From: Anolis carolinensis
Lineage: Eukaryota
Direction of reading: 5' to 3'
NCBI RefSeq assembly: GCF_035594765.1
Contig: NC_085841.1
Location: forward strand, 246,594,689-246,658,688
DNA length: 64,000 bases
Shown: piece after piece, positions 23,758 to 33,873 of the stretch
Position numbering within the stretch: the stretch's first letter is position 1
Layout: each line of letters begins with the position of its first letter
Notes under the pieces: generated by a model
Databases searched by the model: none
Told to the model about the DNA's origin: nothing
Seen by the model: the letters and a program-made list of their open reading frames with translations, nothing else
Program-made: the position numbers and the translations under genes

Positions 23758-24682
23758 TGTGATGACTCATGGGCCATGTAGTCCCGTTCCCAGCACTGTT
23801 GAGACAGATGAAGAGGAAAACTTAGGTTTCCCACCGTTTCAGCCAGAATTGGAGCTTTTTCAGCCAGAATTGGAGCCCTTGCACCTGCAGGAGATTTGCC
23901 TTCCAGAAGTCTGCCAAACAAGCCTTGAGCCGAAATCTCCCCCATTTTCTCACCGTGATTATTATAAACAACAGAAAGGCGCTCAGGAGGCGTCTCGCAG
24001 GAGCGCTAGGATTGCTGCCAGGCATTCAGCTGATTAAGCCTGCTTCCCATGGGAAACTTTAGGGAGTCATGCATCTGGACACAGAGAAGGGCTTTCGGTT
24101 CTGGTTCCCCAGAGAATTGTTCTTTGGCGGGGAAACGAGACCCTATTTAGTTGTTTTGCCCACGTAGGAATCTTGCGGAGTCAATTCGTCAGCTTCGGGA
24201 GTAGGTTGTGTGTGGACTACGCTACTCCCGCGTCCTTTGCTCCCGTTTCCAGCCTTGCCTTGCTTCCCAGGACCTTGCCTTGCTCCACGGACCTTGCCTT
24301 GCCTTCCGGACCTCGCCACGTATTTGCCACGGATCCTGTTCTTGCTCCTCGTTTCTTGTTGCCTTGAATTAAGCCTAGTGTTCCAGGAATCAAGTTTACT
24401 TCCTAGTCTTGCTTAAGCTTCATGGACTAAAGGACCTTGTCATCTCCCCTCACTTTGCTTGGCAAAGTGAGTGTTTCGGTTACTGGATTACAACTTTGGA
24501 CCTTAATATTTCATATTGGACATTGTTTCTTTGGACTAATTTTGACCTTTCCTGAAAGGTCTACTTCTGGACTATTTTCTACACTTGTTTTTATTAACTT
24601 TATATATTTCCACAATAAAGATATTAGATAGATTCTGGCCTCTGTGTATGGTTATTGGTGCTCTGCAGCCTGGGTCCTGACA
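23758..24682 (+). mobile_element. Solo LTR (925 bp), probably Ty3/Gypsy
   Basis: TGTGATG..CCTGACA; exact 5-bp TSD CCTAT at 23753-23757 and 24683-24687; AATAAA at 24614-24619; homologous to 43853-44781. Confidence 0.92.
23762..24037 (+). CDS. LTR-encoded 91-aa acidic peptide ending in RRSARIAAR (intact frame)
   Basis: ATG at LTR nt 5; collinear homolog at 43857-44132 with synonymous codon differences. Confidence 0.55.
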   Translation: MTHGPCSPVPSTVETDEEENLGFPPFQPELELFQPELEPLHLQEICLPEVCQTSLEPKSPPFSHRDYYKQQKGAQEASRRSARIAARHSAD

Positions 24683-24786
24683 CCTATAGGAAAATCAAGA
24701 AGAATGGAACTCATGACTCAGCGCTTTGTATGTTTTTAATCTGTTTTATTGTATTTATATGTTTTAACTGTTTATATGTTTTAACT

Positions 24787-25172
24787 AAGGAAGATAGACA
24801 CTTTTGAACTCTGGTGCTGGAGGAAAATCCTGAGAGTGCCTTGGACCGCAAGAAGATCCAACCAGTCCATCTTCCAGGAAATAATGCCCGGCTGCTCACT
24901 GGAAGGAAGGATATTAGAGGCAAAGATGAAGTATTTTTGGCCATATCATGAGAAGACAGGAGAGCTTGGAAAAGATCATGATGCTGGGAAAAATGGAAGT
25001 AAAAAGGAAGAGGGACCGACCAAGGGCGAGATGGATGGATGAATGGTATCCTTGAAGGGACTGGCTTGACCTTGACGGAACTGGGGGCGGCGATGGCTGA
25101 CAGGGAGCTCTGGCGTGGACTGGTCCATGAGGTCATGAAGAGTCGGAAACAACTACGTGAATGAAGAAGAAA
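24787..25172 (+). mobile_element. RTE-BovB LINE 3' fragment
   Basis: RKIDTFELWCWRKILRVPWTARRSNQSI.QEI.P.CSLEGRILE, the BovB ORF C-terminus; typical GTCCATGAGGTCA.GAAGAGTCGGA 3' end. Confidence 0.93.
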
Positions 25173-25329
25173 AAGATGTTTTAATTGTTTTAAAATTTAA
25201 TATGGTTTGTTTATTGTTATGTATATGATGAAGCACTGAATTTTTGCCATAGTGTGTATGTAAATAAAGAGTTTAAATTATTAGAACCAATCAAAAACTT
25301 ATTCACATAGCTAAAACTCTTCACAATGT

Positions 25330-26100
25330 CCCTTGGCTTGATCTTAAAAACTTCTTCAAAAGCCTGCCTGAATAAAAAGGTTCTAATCTGCCATGAGAAG
25401 GACAGCAGGGAAGGGATCATTCTGGCTTCCTTGGGAAGAAGGGAGTTTCAGAGTCAAGGGCAGCCACAGAAAAAGCCTCTCTTGAATCCTCACCAACTGT
25501 GCTTGTAATGGTGGTGGGTCTTTCTTGTGGATCTCAGGGCCAAAGTAAGTGCGTACAGGTAAATGTGACCAGCCAAATAGCCTGGGCTATAGGTCATAAC
25601 CAGACTTTGAATTGTGTCTGGAACCAAACTGGTAGCTTGTGAAGTTGATGTATCAGGGAGGTGGTGCACTCCCTGTAACCAGTGAACAATCTGACCACAA
25701 CTCTTTGGACCAGCTGGTTTTCAAGCACTCTTCAGAGGCAGCTAGACATAGAGTGGGAACATAGAACAATACAAAAGCGATGTAACTAAAGCATGTACCA
25801 CCATGGCCAGATCCGGCCATGGTGGTACATGCCTTAGGAATGGGCACAGTTGGTGCACAAGTTTTAAATGTGCTAAGGTATTCCTGCTCAGCACAGAAAC
25901 CTGGCCCTCCAAATTAGATGCCAAATCCAGGATGACTGTTAGATACTGCAAACCTGTGTCATCAGGGGAGTGTAACCCCATCTAGTGTAGGCTGGATCCC
26001 AGATGTGCCTTCTGACTAACCAGGAGCACCTCTGTCTTGTTTGGATTAAGTTTCAATTTGTTTACCCTCATTCAGTCCATTACTGATTGCAGACATTGCT
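25330..26100 (-). mobile_element. L2 LINE ORF2 3' fragment, degenerate
   Basis: Minus-strand peptides PDLAMVVHALVTS and FLFRQAF; homologous to 62605-63500. Confidence 0.85.
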
Positions 26101-26201
26101 AATAGAGCAATGAGAAAGTCCTGAATTAATTAGGTCATAAAGAAAACTTGCCAATTTGAAATAAAAATCTAGAGAGTCCCACTACCCGTGAAGTCAATAT
26201 A

Positions 26202-26480
26202 TCATCATCATCGGTAATTCTTCATGGCCAAGTATGATTCTCTTCCAGAAGTAGTGTGTTGGCAATTGGTCCATAAGTGACCGTGTCCACGTGATCTTTC
26301 ACAGTGGGGACATATATTTCTAGATGAAAGGTTGTCTTGACAAGGGTTTGCTTGATGCGTATTCTTCTTGGTATGTTTTCCCCTTTTGCTCTCTATTCAT
26401 GCCTCTTCAAAATCCACAGCACTGTTGGTAATAGCTGGTCTCAGTTATAATGCTTGGCAGTTCTCAGTGTTTATTTCACA
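26202..26480 (-). mobile_element. RTE-1-type LINE 3' end
   Basis: (GAT)n tail on the minus strand; reverse complement reads as an RTE C-terminus with a Cys/His knuckle (CPHC..). Confidence 0.65.
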
Positions 26481-26578
26481 TCAGCTCAAGTTAAGAAAAT
26501 AAAATGGCAGTGGACAGCAAACAAAATCTAAAGATGGGCTTAAAAATGTGGAATGAACACCAAGAACTGGGAAGTCAA

Positions 26579-26817
26579 TATAGAATCATAGAATCATAGA
26601 ATCATAGAATAGTAGAGTTGGAAGAGACCTCATGGGCCATCCAGTCCAACCCCCTGCTAAGAAGCAGGAAATCGCATTCAAAGCACCCCCGACAGATGGC
26701 CATCCAGCCTCTGCTTAAAAGCCTCCAAAGAAGGAGCCTCCACCACGGCCCGGGGGAGAGAGTTCCACTGTCGAACAGCTCTCACAGTGAGGAAGTTCTT
26801 CCTGATGTTCAGGTGGA
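26579..26817 (-). mobile_element. Young CR1 3' end
   Basis: (ATAGAATC)n tail; only about 8 differences in ~225 bp from 61387-61613. Confidence 0.93.
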
Positions 26818-26929
26818 ACAACATGAATCAGTATAAAAGCAATTTATTCAGTAATTTGAATATCTTAACTCTCAGAGAAGGAAATGTGGTCTTTCTGATG
26901 GCTGATAAACACTGGATTTTGAAACTGTT

Positions 26930-27400
26930 TCAACTATCTCTGCGATCACATCTCCCCCTATGAACCGGTGTGGGCCTTGAGATTGGCCGGGGAGGCCCTC
27001 CTCTCGCTCCCACTGCCGTCCCAAGTGTGGTTGGTGGAAACAAGGCTTCTCGGCAGTGGCCCCCCAGCTCTGGAATGCCCTCCCAAAGGAAATCAGGCAA
27101 TCCCCTGCTCTGTCCACATTCCGTAAGGAACTGAAGACCTGGTGGTTCTGGCAGGTTTTTGATTAATCTACTCTGGTATACTGCCGACCTTAGGCACTGA
27201 AATATACTGTACAAGACTCAGCTATCCCTAAATGGACCATGTTAATATAATTGGTTCATGATCCCCATCCCCTCAATCAGGGTTTGTTGCAATTGTTATT
27301 TATTGTCTATTTTAATTGTATATTTTTATCTTGTTTTAATAATGTGTTTTATTATGCTGTCTGAGTCCCCTCGGGGAGATAAAGTGGTATATAAATAAAG
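26930..27400 (+). mobile_element. L2 LINE 3' end
   Basis: YL.D.ISPYEP..ALR..GEALLS.P..AVAPQLWNALPKEIRQ..FRKELKTW; L2 tail CTGAGTCCCCTCGGGGAGATAAAG.GGTATATAAATAAA. Confidence 0.88.
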
Positions 27401-27419
27401 TGTTACTTTTTTTTTTACT

Positions 27420-27570
27420 AACAAGGGAGCGATATCTTTTCTATAACTGCTTCCAGTCAGAACTTTGGCCACAGCACTTTGTAGCTGCTGACATTTCTGA
27501 ACTGATTCCAAGGTAATCCCATGTGGAATAAATCACAGTAGTCAAAAAGGGATGTAACGCAAACATGTGT
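27420..27570 (-). mobile_element. L2 LINE fragment
   Basis: Minus strand H.CVTSLFDYC.L.HMGLP, a degenerate HALVTSRLDYCNALYMGLP. Confidence 0.7.
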
Positions 27571-28359
27571 CCTTCTGAACTTCAACTGGTTGTAGTTTGA
27601 AAAAAAAACCCGATTTCCCAAATTCAAGCTGGGTATTAGGGCATAAATAAAAGCTGCCAAATTTGAAAGTAAGATCTAGGTGAGCCCAGTGCTCATGTGG
27701 TCAATATAGGAATAACATAAACTGGTATAAAAACAATTTATTGCAAAAATGTGTTTTGTTCACAGTCCTTAACCAAATCCCAGAAAAAACATTTGAAGGA
27801 CAATACACACAGTACAGGTAAATATCTTACTTAAAATAATTTACTCAAGTAAGGATTTTTCCTCCTTAAATTAGACCTTTATGACACATCAGAGGAGGAG
27901 TAAAAACAATTACATTCTAATCACAATGATTAATATCACTTAGCACTTTTACCAAGCTTTTCATCCTCAAAGCTCTTTGCTAATTAATCTTCACAACTGC
28001 ATCAGGATGAATTACATGGTGTGAATAAATTATCTGACAAACCAGCTCTGTCTTTGTTCATGAATAATTAGGAATGGTCCTGGTTTTGTATGTCTATGTA
28101 ATGTTTTCAATATTTAGAAGTCTTGGGCCCAGTTCCCATCCCCATTCAATATAGTATTGACCACAAACAAGAACCCATCACAATAGATCAAGTAATTTGG
28201 GAGATTTCCTCTGACCTCAACTTCTTTGTGGATTAAGAATACAATACGGCCCACATACACCCCATAACCACAGCTCCTTGAATGGTCTTGCTGCATCATA
28301 GAGAAATGAATGATTACCATAATCTATCCATCTTGTCCAATGTAGCACATCAATACATT

Positions 28360-29095
28360 GCCTTAAGAGTTTTATTCATTCTGTGATTGAGCTCTAAACT
28401 CAAAATGTTCTTGTCTCAAAGCAATTTTTCCAATTGAAATGCTATCAATCTGTTTCAGCCCCCTGACCCCCCCCCATTTTTTAAATATGTTTTTAAATAA
28501 AAAAGTACTTTTACAATTACAAATAATGTATGAATGCACATTCACATCAAACAATAAAAAAAGAAAGAGCAACTTTAAAATGGTAGCAAGGAAGCAAGTT
28601 TGAGGCAACAAAATGGTGTTGGCTAGTTTAACTGCAAGGCAAAACCTGCACATTCACATATAACAATAAAGAAAGATCAACTTTAAAATGGTAGAAGCAC
28701 AAAGTTGTGACAAGGAAGCACAAAGCACAAAGTGAAGTGGCAGAATCATAGTTTTCTTCATACTGTGCTCATTCCAGCCTCCCTCCCTCTCTTGCTTCCT
28801 CTCTCTTTTCATGAAGCCAAACATACCAGGAATAAAAACCACACAAAATCAACTAACCCAAAGTTTTTCAAAGTCAATAAAAGGAAAGCGGATAGCAATC
28901 TCCCAAAGTGGACAAGAGCACAAGACTTGGAGGCTGTTCGCTTGAAGCCCTAAAGCCCTGTACTCTCATGCTAGTGCTCCCTCTGGCACTAACTGTTAAC
29001 TCTGCTCTTATATCAAAGCAAAACTTGGGCCAAGTGACAGCTCTTAAGTTAAAATGCTCTTAAGTTGGGATGCTCTTAAGTAGAGGCTCCACTGC
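28360..29095. mobile_element. TcMar-Tigger-type non-autonomous element, degenerate
   Basis: Right end GCTCTTAAGT repeated three times then AGAGGCTCCACTG; internal ~110-bp direct duplication (28537 / 28648). Confidence 0.55.
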
Positions 29096-29454
29096 ACTAT
29101 TTTAAGTTGGTGGCTTCACTTTGTTCAATGACAGAATCAACCTCTTACCACTTAATCTTGAAAGGCTATCTTTTAACACAGGAAGTTATGAACATCTGTT
29201 TATAGTGTCCGAAGGGAAAACTCTAATAAAAAGCATCAAATCACATCATTGACATAATTTTAATTATTAAAGGCTGCTAGTGTGACCAAACTCAAAGAGT
29301 GATCACCAATTGATCCTCTTCATCCTGGAAAGAAGTGACTAGTGGAGTGCTGCTGTGTTTTGTTCTAGGCCCCGTGCTGTTCAACATCTTTATTAATGAT
29401 GAAGATTTAAAGATCGTACTTATCAAGTTTGCATATGACACCAAATAAGGAGGA

Positions 29455-29720
29455 TGTCAGGACCATGAGGCAAGAGAAGGAAGAGGAGGCTTGCTTTCCA
29501 GCAACAGAGTCTGAGCCCATTGTGAAGGAACAGCCTGACATGACAAAGAGTGCTACTGCTGAGCAGGAGCCAGGCCCTGCAGAAGCAGCCGAGTGTGGGA
29601 GCAGGACTTAATGCTCCCTGACCAATTACAAATCAGGGCGGATGCAATTCAGCTGCCCAGGTCAAAGAGGTTGGCCCAAAAGAAGAATGACCAGCTGTAG
29701 AACTTTTGCAGCAGTAAAAG
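29455..29720 (+). mobile_element. Probable 5' fragment of an LTR inserted in CR1
   Basis: Starts TGTCAGGA; non-CR1 sequence; acidic frame from nt 2 (VRTMRQEKEEEACFPATESEP..) and, after a frameshift, RSKRLAQKK then stop; no 3' end or TSD seen. Confidence 0.5.
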
Positions 29721-29929
29721 TTGGCTAATACTTCAGAAGACAGGATCAGAATTCAAAAGGACCTCAACAGATTCAACAGCTGGGCCAATACGGGGAAAAA
29801 ATGAATTTCAATACAGAGAAGTATAAGATACTTCACCTAGGCAGAAAAAAAATAAAATGCACAGATCCAGAATGAGTGATGCCTGGCTCAACAATGGTAC
29901 ATGTGAAAAAGATCTGGAAGTCATAAAAT

Positions 29930-30279
29930 CTCATCAGAAAGCCCAGGTGAAGTGTCCCGCTTTGCCAGACTTCTGTGAAGAAAGAGGAAGCAGTGGGCAA
30001 ATCTTTTGCCCCATGTGCAGCTCCCTCTCAGCAACACTTTTCTCATCAAATGAGGAAAGTGTTGCCCTTGTGGGGAGACCTGTGCTGATGCCAATGGAGC
30101 CAGCACAACACAGGAAGCCTCCTGTGTTAGGGTGCAAGTGTCTGGCCATGCTTTCACCCCAGTTGAGAGTGGGGCCTCTGCCAGATATCACACACCATTA
30201 TGCGACGTCCAGTACCAATCTCTGTCCCCCAGACAGGTGAAAGTGTCCTAGAATGCCCAAAATTGCCCCTTCTGATGAG
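29930..30279. mobile_element. Non-autonomous DNA transposon (Harbinger-like) nested in CR1
   Basis: Perfect 10-bp inverted ends CTCATCAGAA / TTCTGATGAG; the CR1 sequence resumes after it. Confidence 0.65.
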
Positions 30280-30670
30280 GAAGTAAATGGACAAGTTGTA
30301 CATGAGTCAACAGTGTAATGCAGCAGCTAAAAAAGCCAATGGGATTTTTGGCTGCATGAAAAGGAGTATAGTGTCTAGATCGAGGGAAGTCATGGCACCT
30401 TTGTATTCTGCTTTGGTTTGACCACACCTGGTAAACTGTGTCAAATTCTGGCCATCACAATTCAAGAGGGATATTGAGAAGCTGGAAGGTGTGTTGAGGA
30501 GGGCAATTAAGATGATCGAAGATCTGGAGATCATGCCCTATGAGGAGCATCTTAAAGTGCTGGGGATGTTTAGACTGTAGAAGAGAAGGTTGAGAGAAGA
30601 CATGATCGGCATATTTAAATATTTTAAAGGAAAAGGGAGCAGGCTTGTTTTCTGCTGCCCTGGAGACTAG

Positions 30671-30795
30671 GGCTGGATCTACACTGCCATATAATTCATA
30701 TTATCAAATCAGATAATCCAAACTGAGTCCACACTGCCATATAATCCAGTTCAGAGAAAATAATCTGGATTTTATATGTCAGTGCAGAAGGAGCC
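30671..30795. mobile_element. PIF/Harbinger-type MITE nested in CR1
   Basis: GGCTGGATCTACACTGCCATATAA..TTATATGTCAGTGCAGAAGGAGCC inverted ends; TAG/TAA flanks. Confidence 0.75.
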
Positions 30796-31063
30796 TAAGA
30801 CTTGGAGCAATGGGTTCAAATGATAGAAGATTCCACCTGAACATTAAAAAGAACTTCCTGGCTGTATGAGCTGTTCAACAGTGGAACTCTCTGCCTCAGA
30901 GTGTGGTGGAAGCTCCTTCTTTGGAGGCTTTTAAACAGAGGCTGGATGGGCATCTATTGGGGATACTTTGTGCTTTTCCTGCATGGCAGGGGGTGGACTG
31001 GATTGCCCATGTGGTCTCTTCCAATTCAATTATTCTATGATTGTACAAAGTAAGTTATTCATT

Positions 31064-31566
31064 ATATATAAAGCCCTAAACGGTTTCAGCCCAGCTTACC
31101 TGTCTGAATGTATCTTCCTCTATGAACTACCTCAGAGATTAAGATAATCTGGGGAGGCCCTGCTCTCAGTCCCGCCTCCCTCCAAGCGTGACTGGCGGGG
31201 ACAAGAGACAGGGCCTTCTCAGTGGTGCCACCTCAGCTGTGGAACTCCCTCCCTAGCAACATTAAATCAGCCCTCTCCCGCCTAGCCTTCAGAAGGAAAG
31301 TAAAAACCTGGCTCTGGGATCAGGCTTTCAGAGAATAGTGAAGTGCAATAACAGATTTAGAATATGTGACTATGATTTCTGGATGGTGTGATCTCAATAT
31401 TGAATGCAATTTTTAAATGTTTAATATGTATTCATTTTAATTCAAATTATTTTAAGCTCAATGTGTTGTATGTGTTTTAAGGCATTGAATAATTGACATA
31501 TGTAAGTCGCCTTGAGTCCCCTTCGGGGTAGAGGAAGACGGGATATAAATAGGGTAAATAAATAAA
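31064..31566 (+). mobile_element. L2 LINE 3' end
   Basis: YKALNG..PAYL.E....YE....LR..GEALLSVPPPS..RDRAFSVV.P.LWNSLP; tail GCCTTGAGTCCCCTTCGGGG..(TAAA)n. Confidence 0.88.
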
Positions 31567-31696
31567 ATTATGCTATGTTATACCCAGTACCAGCAAGTGC
31601 TTTCTGTGTTGAGGATGCTTTAAATCCCCAACAGATATGAGTGACCTAACCAACATATTAAACCGTAACCTCCAAAATCAATTCAGCAATTTAGAT

Positions 31697-31830
31697 CAGT
31701 GGTTCTCAACTTGTGGGTCCCCAGGTGTTTTGGCCTACAACTCCCAGCAATCCCAGCCAGTTTACCAGCTGTTAGGATTTCTGGGAGTTGAAGGCCAAAA
31801 CATCTGGGGACCCACAGGTTGAGAACCCTG
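31697..31830. mobile_element. hAT MITE (134 bp, palindromic)
   Basis: CAGTGGTTCTCAAC / GTTGAGAACCCTG termini; exact 8-bp TSD ATTTAGAT at 31689-31696 and 31831-31838. Confidence 0.93.
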
Positions 31831-32432
31831 ATTTAGATAATCCCTTTAATGTTTGGACTAAAAAATCACCACCCTACTTAAATCAAAGTTACCATTTCTC
31901 ACAGCATTTCAGTATATCCTTATTAGCATTTCATTTAAATTTTAGGCTTCCTGTTTAAGACTCCTGTCCTTAGATGCTTCTTTTTTTTTCAAGTGATGGT
32001 TGTCTTCAGACATGTAAATAAATAAATAGTATGGCTGACCAAAGTTTGTACTGCCACACAATTCTGCCCGCATGCAAAAGAAACAACCCCCGATGGAGTA
32101 GCTCCATCAATTATGGGTTTTCTCCTTTGCATGTAGTGTTAACAATTACCTGAATCTAATTCATTTTTAATCAGCTACAGGAACTATAGTAGCACTACCC
32201 AGGCTTGTCCTGCATACAAAATGGTCTTAACCCCTAGCAGTTGGGACTTGGAGTTTTCATCAGGACACTACTTATACTCCCTTCATTACTGCACACAACC
32301 CTGAGGTGTGTATTCAGAAGTGCTAACTCATACATTATGCGTGTTATTGCTTATTTATTGCAGGAAACCTGTCTGATGGAAGAGCTGACATTTCTTCCAT
32401 CAAAAAATTATCTCTCAAAACTGCCTCTCAAA

Positions 32433-32752
32433 AGTGGTGCAGTGGGTTAAACCATTGAGCTGCTGAACTTGCTGACTGAAAGGTTGGTGGTTCGAATCCG
32501 GGGAATGGAGTGAGCTCCTGCTATTAGCCCCAGCTTCTGCCAACCTAGCAGTTCAAAAACATGCAAATGAGAGTAGATCAATAGGAACAGCTTCTGTGGG
32601 AAGGTAACAAAGCTCCATGCAGTCATGCTAGCTACATGACTTTAGAGGTGTCTATGGACAACACTGGCTCTTCAGCTTAGAAATGGAGATGAGCACCAGC
32701 CCCCAGAGCCAGACACAACTAGACTTAATGTCAAGGGAAAGCTTTACCTACC
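32433..32752 (+). mobile_element. Sauria SINE
   Basis: tRNA-derived head with B-box GGTTCGAATCC, Sauria core, CTTTACC tail. Confidence 0.92.
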
Positions 32753-32959
32753 TTGCTTTCAACCTGCATATTCTCTGAGCACAGACACATGTGCAGGAGA
32801 GAACAGATTGGGCTCTACATTGAGACCTTTACTTTTAAGATAAAATTGACAATGGGATGCATGAGCCCACATTTCAGAGACTGTCATGAGTCAATAATGC
32901 CACCTGAAGCCATACACTTGATCTGTAAATCAACATTAAACTACTGGTTTTGCATTTGT

Positions 32960-33290
32960 GGTCCCTTTCACATGACCCAGTTATAGCAGTATGATTTCAT
33001 TTAACTATCATGGCTCCATCCTAGAGTATCTTGGGATGATTATTTAGATGTCTCGGCTAATGAGTTACACATAATACAACTGAACAGTAACTTACAATTA
33101 CATCCAAAGCAGAAGTAATAACTTTTTCAAGGTTCAGCAGTCAAATGCAACATAATTCTGACTGGATCCTAAATTTGTAATCCAGAGCCTCACTGGACTC
33201 TAAATTGCAGGAGTCCATAGGATCTAGCCATGCAGTTGAAGTGCAATCATGCTACTGGAACTGAAAACTGTGTAAGATTCCTGTGTTCTA
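32960..33290. mobile_element. Old Harbinger-type MITE
   Basis: Degenerate inverted ends (TTTAACTATCATGGCTCCATCCTA vs TAGGATCTAGCCATGCAGTTGAA). Confidence 0.45.
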
Positions 33291-33540
33291 GCACAGTTAC
33301 CACTCCACAAGTATATAATGATGTTATAAAGCTCTGGATCAGTGTGCTTTGAGAAGGAAAGGATGCTCTTCTGTTTTGTCCTATATTGTGTAATTCTTAA
33401 TGGATGGAAAAATCTGTAATTCCTTTCCACTTAATTTGTGAAAACATTTCTGAATTATGAATTTCTTATTTTTTAAATGAAATTTCTCACCCCAACTGTA
33501 CTAGCCAAATTCCATACAGATCCATATTGTACTCACATAC

Positions 33541-33873
33541 TAGTAAAGGTCAAGGTTTTCCCCTGACATTAAGTCTAGTTGTGTCCGACTCTGGGGGGTT
33601 GTTGCTGATCTCCATTTCTAGTCCAAAGAGCCGGCATTGTCCGTAGACACCTCGAACATCATGTGACCAGCTTGATTTCATGGAGCACCGTTATCTTCCC
33701 ACCGGAGTGGTACCTATTTATCTAATCACATTTGCATGTTTTCTAACTGCTAGGTTGGCAGAAGCTGGGGTTAACAGTGGAGGTTCACCCTAGTCCCCGA
33801 TTCGAACCGCCAACCTTTCAGTCAACAAGTTCAGCAGCTCAGCGGTTTAATCCGCTGCGCGATCGGGGGCTCC
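33541..33873 (-). mobile_element. Sauria SINE, full length
   Basis: Reverse complement of the Sauria pattern; TSD CACATAC at 33534-33540 and 33874-33880. Confidence 0.92.

Larger units (their letters stand above)
29278..31041 (+). mobile_element. CR1 LINE (RT to 3' tail) interrupted by three insertions
   Basis: Same CR1 sequence as 15558-16504; broken at about 29455, 29930 and 30671. Confidence 0.88.

Noticed and set aside
32433-32510. tRNA-like A and B boxes (also at 33800-33873 and 39634-39710)
   Set aside because: These are SINE heads; no cloverleaf, and they continue into the Sauria core
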